DNA of 63,500 bases from Prasinococcaceae sp. CCMP 1430. Its lineage: Eukaryota; Plantae; Prasinodermophyta. The notes below the pieces were generated by a model. It did no database searches. It had not been told where the DNA came from and saw only the letters and a list, made by a program, of their open reading frames with translations. The position numbers and the translations under genes are program-made. Shown here piece after piece: positions 46,599-55,635 of the stretch. The first letter of the stretch is position 1. Every line of letters starts with the position of its first letter. Location of the stretch: NCBI GenBank assembly GCA_013416795.1, contig RQSC01000757.1, forward strand, positions 75,274 through 138,773, read 5' to 3'.

Positions 46599-46892
46599 TC
46601 AGCTGGGCGTTCGAACGCACTGTGCGTGACACGGTGGCCGAGCGGGCGGTGCGTAGGAGGATTCGCAGGGGCGCTTGCGTCAGCGTCCGCCCGAGCACGA
46701 GGCCGCGCGCGACTGCGGCGCTTGGGCCGCCGCTCGCGCCCCGCGGCGCGGAGCGCGCGCCCGCGCGCGACGCACGTCCGCGTACAGGTCGCTCTTGAAC
46801 TTCTCCTCCCCCCAGCACCTGATGTCCGCCACGTCCACGCACGTCACCTGGTCCCTCCTACTATTCGCGCTACTGCCGGTACTGTCCGCCAT
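46599..46892 (-). CDS. Intron-split upstream ORF (45 aa) resembling the plant AdoMetDC leader peptide, join(46776..46892,46599..46619)
   Basis: MADSTGSSANSRRDQVTCVDVADIRCWGEEKFKSDLYAD|CVRTPS*. The intron 46620-46775 has a GTGCGT donor, a GCTGAC branch site and a CACAG acceptor. The stop lies 64 nt before the main ATG. Confidence 0.85.
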
Positions 46893-48001
46893 GTGCGCGC
46901 CAGTCGTCGCAAGGGTTCCTTCCGGCTCGTCTGTGTGGGGGCCTCCCCCGGTCCCCGCCACGGGGTGAAAACGCCGCTGGGGTTGCTCGCCGCGGCCTTC
47001 GCGGCCGATGCACAAGGAAGGAGGGAAGAGGGGGGGGAGGGTCTGACAGGTTGGAGGCGGCGGCTGCCGGCGGCGGCTCGGCCAGCCCCGCGCCGCGCCG
47101 GCCACAGGTAACGGTTTTTCACCTCTAAAGGGTTTGTAATACGTATCATTTTGCACCGTATTGATACGTGTGGTCCGCGAGTGAGGTTGCGGTTCAGACG
47201 AGAGACGTAGTGGACTCCATCGTCGGCGCGCGCGGCCCGCGCGCGCGCGCCGCGCGCCGCTCCAAACCTAAACCTGTCCCCACGCGTGTGGCTCAATGTA
47301 CAGCATTCAAATGATGTGAAATGTAGACCCTTCATCCGGATGAACCGTAAGGGGCGGCGGCAGCACGCGCGCGCGCGATCGGTTCCGAGCCCGGCCGGCC
47401 CGCGCGGCCAAAATTCGCGGAGCGCGTAGCGCCCCAATCCCAAGCCGCGTTTCTTATCAAAATTCTGTCTTTTATGACATGTAATACCTACAGATTTATA
47501 TTTGACGTAAATATGTCATTTCAAGTGATTATTCGAGATGTTTGTGCGGATGGCGACGCCCTCCTGCGCGCAGCATCCTGCGCGCGCGCGCCGCAGACGG
47601 GGGGCGCCGGCCGCGCCAACCGCGCCACCGTCGCTTCATCAAAACGAGAAGGCATCGTCGTAATAAGGGTAGGAACCCTGCGAGATAAAAGACGCATCAA
47701 AAAGCGCCTTGGGCGCACCTCTGAGGAGCGAAATGGACGGCGGGTCAACGTGCATTCCAACCCCAACTCGAGCGGGGTGGCGTCGACACTCGCGAGATCG
47801 GAATCGCGTATGCGAATGCATCAACATGTAAACCCTATACCCTAAATAACGAAATGATGTGCCTACAGCACAGCAAATACAGTACTGTAAGGTGCGCCAA
47901 CCCTAACCCTCGCCCGCGGCGGCACACCACGCGCGGGCGGCGGCGCGCGGCGCGCAGCGCAGCAGCAGCGGTGCTGCTCGGCGAGCCGCCCGCGCGCGGC
48001 G

Positions 48002-48379
48002 ATGGCCGCGTCCGCGGGCGCGGGCGCGATGCAGCAGCTGGTGGGGCCGAACACGGCGTCAGCGGTCGCGCAGTTCGCCAAGGAGGTGCCCGTGCGGCAG
48101 CTGTACCGCGACTGCCTGCGCGCGTGCGGGTACCTCAAGACGAATGGCCCGGGAGGCGCCGCGCAAGCCGCGGCCGTGCGCGAGCAGGTGCGCTCCTCGT
48201 TCCGTGCGCACGCCGGCGAGACCGACGAGGACGTCATCCTGCAGCGAAAGCAGGACGGCGTGCGCGCGCTCACCAACCTGCTCATGTTCGAGGCCAAGCG
48301 CATGGGGTCGGTGGACAAGGCGCTCGGTGGCGACGGCACGGGCACCGAACTCCCCGGCGGCGGCGACGGCAACAGCTAG
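48002..48379 (+). CDS. LYR-motif (Complex1_LYR family) mitochondrial protein
   Basis: VRQLYRDCLRAC...VREQVRSSFRAHAGETDEDVI is the LYR motif plus the downstream conserved Phe. Confidence 0.85.
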   Translation: MAASAGAGAMQQLVGPNTASAVAQFAKEVPVRQLYRDCLRACGYLKTNGPGGAAQAAAVREQVRSSFRAHAGETDEDVILQRKQDGVRALTNLLMFEAKRMGSVDKALGGDGTGTELPGGGDGNS

Positions 48380-48583
48380 GCGGCGCGCGCCGGGCCACTG
48401 TTCCCCCTCCCTCTAATAGATGCCGCCGCGCCCTTTGCCGTGCGCCCTGCTGGCTGTTGCGCTGCTGGCACTTGTGTGCGTTGCGCCAGCGGACGCGTTG
48501 GGCCCGCGAGAATTACGAATTTTGTACCACCACACGTATTATTGTGAGCACGCATGCGCGGCGCGCACGTCCGAGGCAGCGGC

Positions 48584-51253
48584 TCACGTCGGCTGCGGCG
48601 GTGCCGCCTGCAGCCACGCGTCCGACGCAGAGGCCAGCAGCGGGGCACTGTCCGCGAGCAACCACGCTGTCAACTCCGCGCGGCGCGACGCGAGGCGGAG
48701 GGGGCCGCGTGCGACACGCTGCGCGCAGCCGCCCGCCGCATCAGTGGCCTCAACGATCGCGCGCTCGACCGCGGCACCGCCGTCGGCACCACAGCTGTCG
48801 TACGACGCCACGATCGCAAGTGGACCCGTCCCCTCCTCGATTGCGATTGCGAGCCACGAGCGGACGCGCGGTGCCCACATCTCCACCCACGCCGCTGTGC
48901 CGGCCTCGCCAAGCAGTATCACCGCCCTCGAGTGCGACCACGCCGTTGCACCCTCCGCTCCGCGCTCGTCGCCTCGTTCGACCTCGACGCGCGGGAGAAC
49001 GTCGCCGCTGACGCCAACGCTGCCGCAGCGCCCGCCGTGCCGCCGCACCAACTCGTCATGCACGACCGTGTCTCCCGCGGCGCATGCGAGGGCAGCCGCT
49101 CCCAGAGCTCCGCAGCGCTCGAGCACTTGTGGCCACACTGAAGCGAACCCTGGCTCGTGGACGACCACGCCGCCGCCGCCCCCGCAAGCGCACGCGTGCG
49201 CGGCCAGCGCAGCAGCGTATGGCGCCACGCGCGCGAACGCGCGCGCCGATGGCGCCGGTCGCTTGAGCCGCTCCGCGTGCGTGGCCCATGCGCGCGGCGT
49301 CACGCGCGTGCAGCCGCGAGGGGCCTGATTCGCGACGCAGTGCGCCGCTAAGGCCGCCGTCGCCGCGGCCACAGGTCCACCGGATCCATTTGGCGTCGCA
49401 GTGGCGCTCGTCACGACAAACAAGGCCATCAAGGACTTCGAGGAGGCCGCGTTGTACATCCACACGCCGACAGGGTGCGCCGCCATTGCGCCCCCCGGCC
49501 GGGAAGACGAGTGGCTCGTCGCCAGCCGCTGCACGCCGTGCACGAACCAGTCCACGCCGGAGCCCTCCCAGACCTCGCTCGTCGTGCTGTATGGTAGCAC
49601 GATGCCGAGCACTGACGCGCGCCGACTCGCGGTCGCGGCGGCGCGGAGCGCCCCACACGCGAACACGCGCGCGAGGTCACGCCACTCGCCCGCTCGCAAG
49701 TGCGCCGCTGTAAAGCCCGGACGATTGCCGTAGTGCAGCCAGAGCGCGTCGACGCCCCCCGCCTCGGCGGCGGTTGTAATGGCGGCGCTGGCCTCCTGGC
49801 ACGCACATTTGCCAACGCTCGCATCCGTGGCAACGCGAGTTGCGACCGCGTTGGCAACCAGAGCGTCGATGGGGTCGTCGATGGACGCGCGTACGTCTGC
49901 AGCAGGTCCAAGGCCCTTGCGCATCGCCCTCGCAGCCGGAAGAAGCTTCGAGTCGCACGCCAGCGCCGCCGCTGGACTGCTGCCATCGGGTGCGTCCGTC
50001 GCAGCAGGGACCTCTATCACCGCTGCCGCAACACTGGCGAAAGCGCTCGCGGCGTCCTCCTCTGCCAGCGCCGCGAGCGTGAGCCCGGAGGGTATGCCGG
50101 CTGCGAATGCATTGACCGCCGCCGCCGCACACTCCCCTGGGGCGCTGTGGTGCCACTGCAGGGGCGACTGAAGCGCAGCCCCTAGCCTCCGCGCCGCTGC
50201 TGCCGCCGCCGCACCCCTGCCGCCCACCGCGAACGCCACTGTAACCATCTTTGCCTGGACCGCGTATGCAACGCGGCCGAGAGGCACGACGGGGCCGTAG
50301 AAGCCGCAGGCTTCCACATCAGCAGCGTGCGCGACGAGGGCGGCGAGGGCGTCCTCAGCCTCGCCTGGGTACAGAGCGGCGCCACCCCCACGTTCCGAGA
50401 GAGTCACGGCCAGGACGGCGTCGCGCGCGAGCAGCCTGCCACGGAAGAGGCGCAGGATGTCCAGCTGACGCTGTCGGCCCGCGCGAGAGGACAGGCTGCC
50501 GCAATAATCGAGCCACACTACGCCAAACGCGCCGGGCCAGCCCCGGAAGCGGAGCTGTGCAGGCGCCCCATCGGCGCTCGATGCGATCGCCTCAGCGTCG
50601 GCATCAGCGGAAGCGGCGGCACTCTCCTTCGGCTCGGCGGCCAGGGCCGCGATGAGGTCGTGAGAGGTTGACGGGAAGAGATTGAGCCGCGGCTCGCGCG
50701 CGGCCATGGCCTCCCTTTCAGCGGCATGCGGGTTAGGCACGACGGTCGTGGCCACAGACACACGCGTGGCACCGTCCGCGGCGAGCGCGCTCACGGTGCG
50801 TAGCGCCTCCGTCTCGAGCACGAGCGCCCAGGTGGGCGTGTCGCCGCGCTCGCCCGCTGCGTCCGCATCGGCAGCCGCGACCTGCTCGCGCACGCAGGCC
50901 GCGAGCCAGCCGTTCACGGCGCGCTTCGCCGCGGCCTTGGCCTCTGCAGCGCGCTCACTCGCTTCGGCGGCGCGCGCGCCGCCTCGTGTCGCGCGGCTGT
51001 CGCAACCACGCCCGCTGCTGCGCCCGCCGCTGTGCTCGCCATGAGTTGGCTCATCGGGCGCGGGCGCGGCGAACTTTCCCGCAGAGCCGCCCGCACGACG
51101 CGAGAGCTCGCGCGCGAGCACCGAGCGCACCATCCTGCGCGCCGCCGCGCTCGCCCTCACCCTCGCCCTCGCCTCACGAGCAGCCGCGCGGGTGAGCGCG
51201 ATGCCGGCGGCGCTCAGCGGCGCGCCGTCGCGCGCGGGCCCCCCATGCTCCAC
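48584..51253 (-). CDS. Uncharacterised 889-aa protein with an internally duplicated methyltransferase-like unit
   Basis: Long intronless ATG ORF. Parallel motifs ALVLETE...GVVWLDYCG...DILRLF and ALACDSK...DALWLHYGN...DLARVF. Confidence 0.65.
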   Translation of the reverse strand: MEHGGPARDGAPLSAAGIALTRAAAREARARVRASAAARRMVRSVLARELSRRAGGSAGKFAAPAPDEPTHGEHSGGRSSGRGCDSRATRGGARAAEASERAAEAKAAAKRAVNGWLAACVREQVAAADADAAGERGDTPTWALVLETEALRTVSALAADGATRVSVATTVVPNPHAAEREAMAAREPRLNLFPSTSHDLIAALAAEPKESAAASADADAEAIASSADGAPAQLRFRGWPGAFGVVWLDYCGSLSSRAGRQRQLDILRLFRGRLLARDAVLAVTLSERGGGAALYPGEAEDALAALVAHAADVEACGFYGPVVPLGRVAYAVQAKMVTVAFAVGGRGAAAAAAARRLGAALQSPLQWHHSAPGECAAAAVNAFAAGIPSGLTLAALAEEDAASAFASVAAAVIEVPAATDAPDGSSPAAALACDSKLLPAARAMRKGLGPAADVRASIDDPIDALVANAVATRVATDASVGKCACQEASAAITTAAEAGGVDALWLHYGNRPGFTAAHLRAGEWRDLARVFACGALRAAATASRRASVLGIVLPYSTTSEVWEGSGVDWFVHGVQRLATSHSSSRPGGAMAAHPVGVWMYNAASSKSLMALFVVTSATATPNGSGGPVAAATAALAAHCVANQAPRGCTRVTPRAWATHAERLKRPAPSARAFARVAPYAAALAAHACACGGGGGVVVHEPGFASVWPQVLERCGALGAAALACAAGDTVVHDELVRRHGGRCGSVGVSGDVLPRVEVERGDERGAEGATAWSHSRAVILLGEAGTAAWVEMWAPRVRSWLAIAIEEGTGPLAIVASYDSCGADGGAAVERAIVEATDAAGGCAQRVARGPLRLASRRAELTAWLLADSAPLLASASDAWLQAAPPQPT

Positions 51254-51459
51254 AGCCGGCCCCCGCGCGCGTGTTGTGGCAAGCGTGCCGGTCGCGCAAA
51301 CCGCGGAAGCGTACGCTGGCGCTGCACGCGAGTCTTCGGTGCACCCGCCGCGTCATGCCACACGTCGAGCGATGGGCGCCTTGGTGGGGGCGGCTTTTGC
51401 CGCGCGGGGCGCCGCGCTCGCCACGCGGGCGCCGCGCGGACGAAAAGCGCGCGCGCGGC

Positions 51460-52911
51460 ATGGCAGCCCCTGCGTCTGCCGCCGAGCTCTGCGGAGGCGC
51501 GCCGCTGGCGGCCGGCGACGAGGCCGCGTTGCGAGTGGGCCTGCGCGCCGTCGAGCTCGCATGCGAGCTCACTGCGTCGGTGCAGGTGCGTGTGCGTGCC
51601 CGCGCGAGAGGGGGAGGGGGAGGGGGCGAGCGACGAGAGCGGAGCGCCCGATGCTCCCCGCGAGCTGCGTGCGCGATGACCTGACGACAGAGCACGCGCT
51701 CGGTCCCTTTTATCTTCCCCGCCCGGTGCGGCGGTCCCGTCCAGGAGTCCATTGCCTCGGCAGACGCGAAGCAGTCCAAGTCGGATGCGTCGCCCGTCAC
51801 GGTCGCAGATTACGGCGCGCAGGCACTTGTGAGCGCCGCGCTCGCCACCGCGGCCGCAGAGGCCGGGGCACCGCCTCCCGCGCTCGTCGCAGAGGAGACC
51901 TCCGCGGAGCTGCTTGCGACTGACGTCGACGGCTCTGTGCTGACGCGCATCACCGCGCTGGTGAACGAGGCCATCGCGGGGATGGGCAAGGGAGAGGAGA
52001 CCGGCCTTACTACCATGAACGAGGCCGACGTGCTCGCGGCGGTCGACCAAGGCGGTGGGACAGGCGGCGGGAGCGGCGAATTTTGGGTACGTACTGTGCG
52101 CGCGCCTGACTCGACCCCGCCCGTGCACTTGTGAGAGAGCGCGAGAGAGGAGAGAAAGAGAGAGAGAGACAGCGAGCGCTGGCCTTGTGCGAGCCGTGTG
52201 CCTGCGGACTGCTGACGCAACAGCGACCGCTGGCATACACAGGTGCTTGACCCCATCGACGGCACCAAGGGCTTCCTGCGCGGACAGCAGTACGCGGTGG
52301 CGCTGGCGCTCGTGCGCGACGGTCAACTCGCCCTGGGCGTCATGGGCTGCCCGAACTTTTCGAGGGGAGGCGATGGGGAGAATGGTGAGGGCTGCATGTT
52401 CTACGCTGTGCACGGCGCGGGCGCGTATGCGTCGCCGATGCGCGCGAACGGCAGCGGGGCGGAGCGAGTGCGCGCCGACGCGGCTGTCCCGCCTGCACGC
52501 GCGCGCCTGGCCGAGTCTCACGGCACGTCCGTGGTGTCAGCGCACGGCACCACGGCGCAAGTTGCCAAGAAGGTAGGGCTTGGTCTCCCTCCGCTGCAGA
52601 TGGACTCCATGGCCAAGTACGCCTCCGTGGCGTGCGGCGACGCGCACGTCTACATGCGCTTCCGCCCTGCGGACTACCGCGAGAAGATCTGGGATCACGC
52701 GGCCGGCGCCATCGTGGCGTCCGAGGCGGGCTGCGCCGTGAGCGACGTCGACGGCGCTCCTCTCAACTTCTCGCGCGGCCGCTTCCTCGACGTCGCCGGC
52801 GGCATCGTCGCGGCGCCGCCCGCGCTGCACGCCGCCGTGCTCGAGGCCGCCCGCAGCATCGACCTGCCCGCGCGGCCGGCGACGCACGACGAGGCCGAAG
52901 GCTCCGACTAA
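51460..52911 (+). CDS. SAL1: SAL1/FIERY1-like 3'(2'),5'-bisphosphate nucleotidase (FIG superfamily), join(51460..51585,51745..52086,52243..52911)
   Basis: KSDASPVTVADYGAQALV, LVAEE, FW|VLDPIDGTKGFLRGQQYAVALAL, DSMAKY, YREKIWDHAAG..EAG..VSD. Both introns are in frame. The start may extend upstream. Confidence 0.92.
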
Positions 52912-53290
52912 CCCTCATAATGTTCAACCCTAAAACCGAACCCTCGGCGCTGCCACGCGTGCGCGCGCGCCGCCGCCACGAACCCTCGCGCGAATCCCGC
53001 AACGTTGCGAATTTCATCGCTGCGAACTTCGCACTTCATTGCCCCATCGAATCGCGCATGTGAGCATCGCTTCCACCCCGACTGCCTGCACGGCCTCCCT
53101 GACAGCACCAGAGGATCGCGACGCGACTCGCGGCCGTGGGACGCGGGGGCGGGGCGACGGGCAGTCCCACAGCGAGCGCTGGGGACGGCGCGCGTGTGTG
53201 TGAGGGGGGGGGGAGGGAAGGGGATACGTCTGGGTGGCGGGGGAGCGGGGGGGCGGGGCGGGCGCCGGCCGCTGCGGCGACCGCCGCGCC

Positions 53291-55153
53291 ATGGTGTCGA
53301 TGGGCGGCCTCGTGGGCGCGACGACGCCAGGGCTGCTGAGCTTTGCGTCGTGCCTCGTGAGGCCGTTCAAGAAGTCGCATAGGACACCCACGCGGTGGCC
53401 AAAGGTCGGCGACGCGCGCGACGGCATGGCGCCGACGCCGCTCGATGAGGTTGATGCAGTCGTCGGCGCGCTGCGCGAGAAGTCGGCCGAGTGGTGCAGA
53501 GTGCCGTGTGGCCAGCGCGCGGCCATGCTGCGTGACATGATTCCGCTGCTCATCGACGAGCTCACGGACAACCGTGCCGTGGACCTCTCAACGCAACACA
53601 AGGGCAGCTACGGCATGGACTGCGCGGAGGAGGGCTTTATCTCAGCGACTGTCGCCACGGCTGTGCGGGAGTACGCGGAGACGATGGAGGCAGGCGCGAG
53701 GCCCAAGCCGATCGGCGTGACCACCCGCCCCGACGGCCAGCAGGTTGTGCACGTGGGGCCGCAAGGAGTCGTCGAGAACATGGTCTTTCCTGGGGCGCGC
53801 CACGAGCTTTGGCTTAAGCCGGGCGCGGCGAGCCCGCCTACGCAGGGCAAGGTGTACCGCGCGGCTGAACAGGGCTCGCCTATCAACGGCGGGGTGAGCT
53901 GCGTGCTGGGCGCAGGCAACCAGTGGGTAATCTGTGTGCTCGACGCGCTCCATGTGTTGCTTGCGGAGAATCGCGTGGCTGTTATCAAGATGAATCCCGT
54001 CAACGAGCACATGGGCCCGGCGTGCCGCCGCATGCTGAAGCCGTTCGTCGAGCGCGGCTTCGTCGAGTTCGTGTACGGCGGCGCTGAACAGGGCATCCAC
54101 CTCACAGGGCACGAGGGCGTGGACGCCATCCACATGACCGGCTCTGGCGCTACGTACGACGCGATCATGTGGGGCGGCACGGAGGCCAAGGTCAAATCGG
54201 GGGCGAAACTCAAGTGCGACAAGGTGGTGACTGCCGAGCTGGGCTGCGTCACCCCCTGGATCATCACCCCCGGCGAATGGTCGGATGACGCCATCGAGTA
54301 CCACGCGCGCAACGTCGTGTCACTCATGGTGAACAATTCCTCACACAACTGCAACGCAACCAAGGTGCTCGTCACCAGCGCGGCTTGGGACAAGCGCTCG
54401 CAATTCCTAGACACTGTGCGCCGCATCCTCTCGGAGGCGCGCCCGCGCGTTGCGTACTACCCCGGCGCCGAGGCCAACTATCGCAAGTACATGGCAGCCT
54501 ACCCCGACGCAGAGATCGTTGGTGCGAAGCCCGCAGACGCGAAGGGCCCTGTGGTGCCCTGGACTTTCAAGACGGGCCTAAGTGCAGACGATGTCGAGGC
54601 CGGCATCAATGACACGTGCTGCACGTTTGAGCCGTGGTGCGGAGTGCTGTCTGAGGTGACGGTGCCAGCGGATCCAGCGGCGGGCGACGACGCGGACGCG
54701 CAGATAAAGGCCTTCCTGCCGCGCGCGGTGAAGCTCGTCAACGAGAGGTGTTATGGCAACCTGTCAGCTTCTCTGATCGTACCCCCTTCTACGATGAAGC
54801 GTCATCCCAAGGAGTTCGACGACGCCGTGGCCGGCATGAAGTACGGCTCTGTGGTAGTCAATGGTCCGTCACCGCTTGCCTTCGCCATCTCTCGAACGAG
54901 CTGGGGCGCGTTTCCAGGCAACGACTCGAAGGACGTCCAGAGCGGCGTGGGCTACGTGCACAACACCATGCTGTACGACGAGCCTGAGAAGGGCGTCCTG
55001 TATTTGCCGTGGACGGAGAGCAAGACGACCTTCTGGGACCACGACCCGCCAAACGCTGGTGGGCTGTGGCTGCCCACGCTGAACCTCTTAGGCAAGAAGG
55101 AGCTCTTCAGCGGCAACACCGTGGATGCCGTCCGCAAGCTCCTCATGAACTGA
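53291..55153 (+). CDS. Divergent NAD(P)-dependent aldehyde dehydrogenase family protein (intronless)
   Basis: VLGAGNQ (catalytic Asn), IKMNPVN, HMTGSGATYD, AELG (Glu), NNSSHNCNA (Cys) and FEPWCGVL. Confidence 0.8.
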   Translation: MVSMGGLVGATTPGLLSFASCLVRPFKKSHRTPTRWPKVGDARDGMAPTPLDEVDAVVGALREKSAEWCRVPCGQRAAMLRDMIPLLIDELTDNRAVDLSTQHKGSYGMDCAEEGFISATVATAVREYAETMEAGARPKPIGVTTRPDGQQVVHVGPQGVVENMVFPGARHELWLKPGAASPPTQGKVYRAAEQGSPINGGVSCVLGAGNQWVICVLDALHVLLAENRVAVIKMNPVNEHMGPACRRMLKPFVERGFVEFVYGGAEQGIHLTGHEGVDAIHMTGSGATYDAIMWGGTEAKVKSGAKLKCDKVVTAELGCVTPWIITPGEWSDDAIEYHARNVVSLMVNNSSHNCNATKVLVTSAAWDKRSQFLDTVRRILSEARPRVAYYPGAEANYRKYMAAYPDAEIVGAKPADAKGPVVPWTFKTGLSADDVEAGINDTCCTFEPWCGVLSEVTVPADPAAGDDADAQIKAFLPRAVKLVNERCYGNLSASLIVPPSTMKRHPKEFDDAVAGMKYGSVVVNGPSPLAFAISRTSWGAFPGNDSKDVQSGVGYVHNTMLYDEPEKGVLYLPWTESKTTFWDHDPPNAGGLWLPTLNLLGKKELFSGNTVDAVRKLLMN

Positions 55154-55586
55154 GAGCACCAATACAGTGGACCACTCTGCTGGATCTGTGCGCGCATGTG
55201 AGCCACTCCCAGTGCAATGGAGTCCCCATCAAACGCGCGCGGACGCGCAGAAGCGTAACAGTGCACCCGCCGGCGCAGGCGCCCCGGCGGGGGATTTTGG
55301 ACATGCTCGGGCAGCACGCGGGGAGTCCCAAAAGCTGCCTGCGCGGCGCAGCGCGCTCTGCCACGGCGTGCGTGCGAGCACACACATCGCACGCTGTGCA
55401 CAAAAGTCGGCTCCATGCTCGTGTGAACGCGTCGGCGCCGCGGCCAGTCTGCGGACGCTCCCCGCAAGCGACGGCCCATCCGTCCACCCCGCCCACTCTC
55501 TGGCTACAGAGCCAGAAGAGCCAGCCCACGCCGACGACCATGCCAGTCTCACCGCGGTCGGGGTCTCCGCACGTACCCACGACCTG

Positions 55587-55607
55587 TTTAGGGTTATTTT
55601 AGGGTTT
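55587..55607. promoter_or_regulatory. Telo-box-like motif pair immediately upstream of WDR6
   Basis: TTTAGGGTTATTTTAGGGTTT ends 28 nt before the ORF start at 55636. Confidence 0.55.
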
Positions 55608-55635
55608 ATTTTATTTAGCGCAGCCGCCGGGTTGC

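Noticed and set aside
46595-46610. Antizyme-like +1 frameshift (UCC-UGA) linking the uORF to the main ORF
   Set aside because: The uORF ends AGC-UGA, not UCC-UGA, and stop codons lie in the 64-nt spacer before the main ATG.
46893-46910. Plant-type 'tiny' uORF overlapping the small uORF start
   Set aside because: The context is GCGCGCAC-ATG, with no stop codon overlapping the ATG and no nearby upstream ATG.
47474-47845. 123-aa ORF and ATGACAT/ATGTCAT inverted repeat in the AT-rich spacer
   Set aside because: No recognisable motifs and atypical composition. The 7-bp arms are too short to call an element.
48002-48379. LYR protein as ISD11/LYRM4, which would pair with frataxin
   Set aside because: It lacks the ISD11-specific YN.R.YA.RR pattern, and it lies about 46 kb from frataxin.
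13116-52242. Introner-type repetitive introns
   Set aside because: The introns share only splice signals and low-complexity runs, with no extended mutual identity seen.
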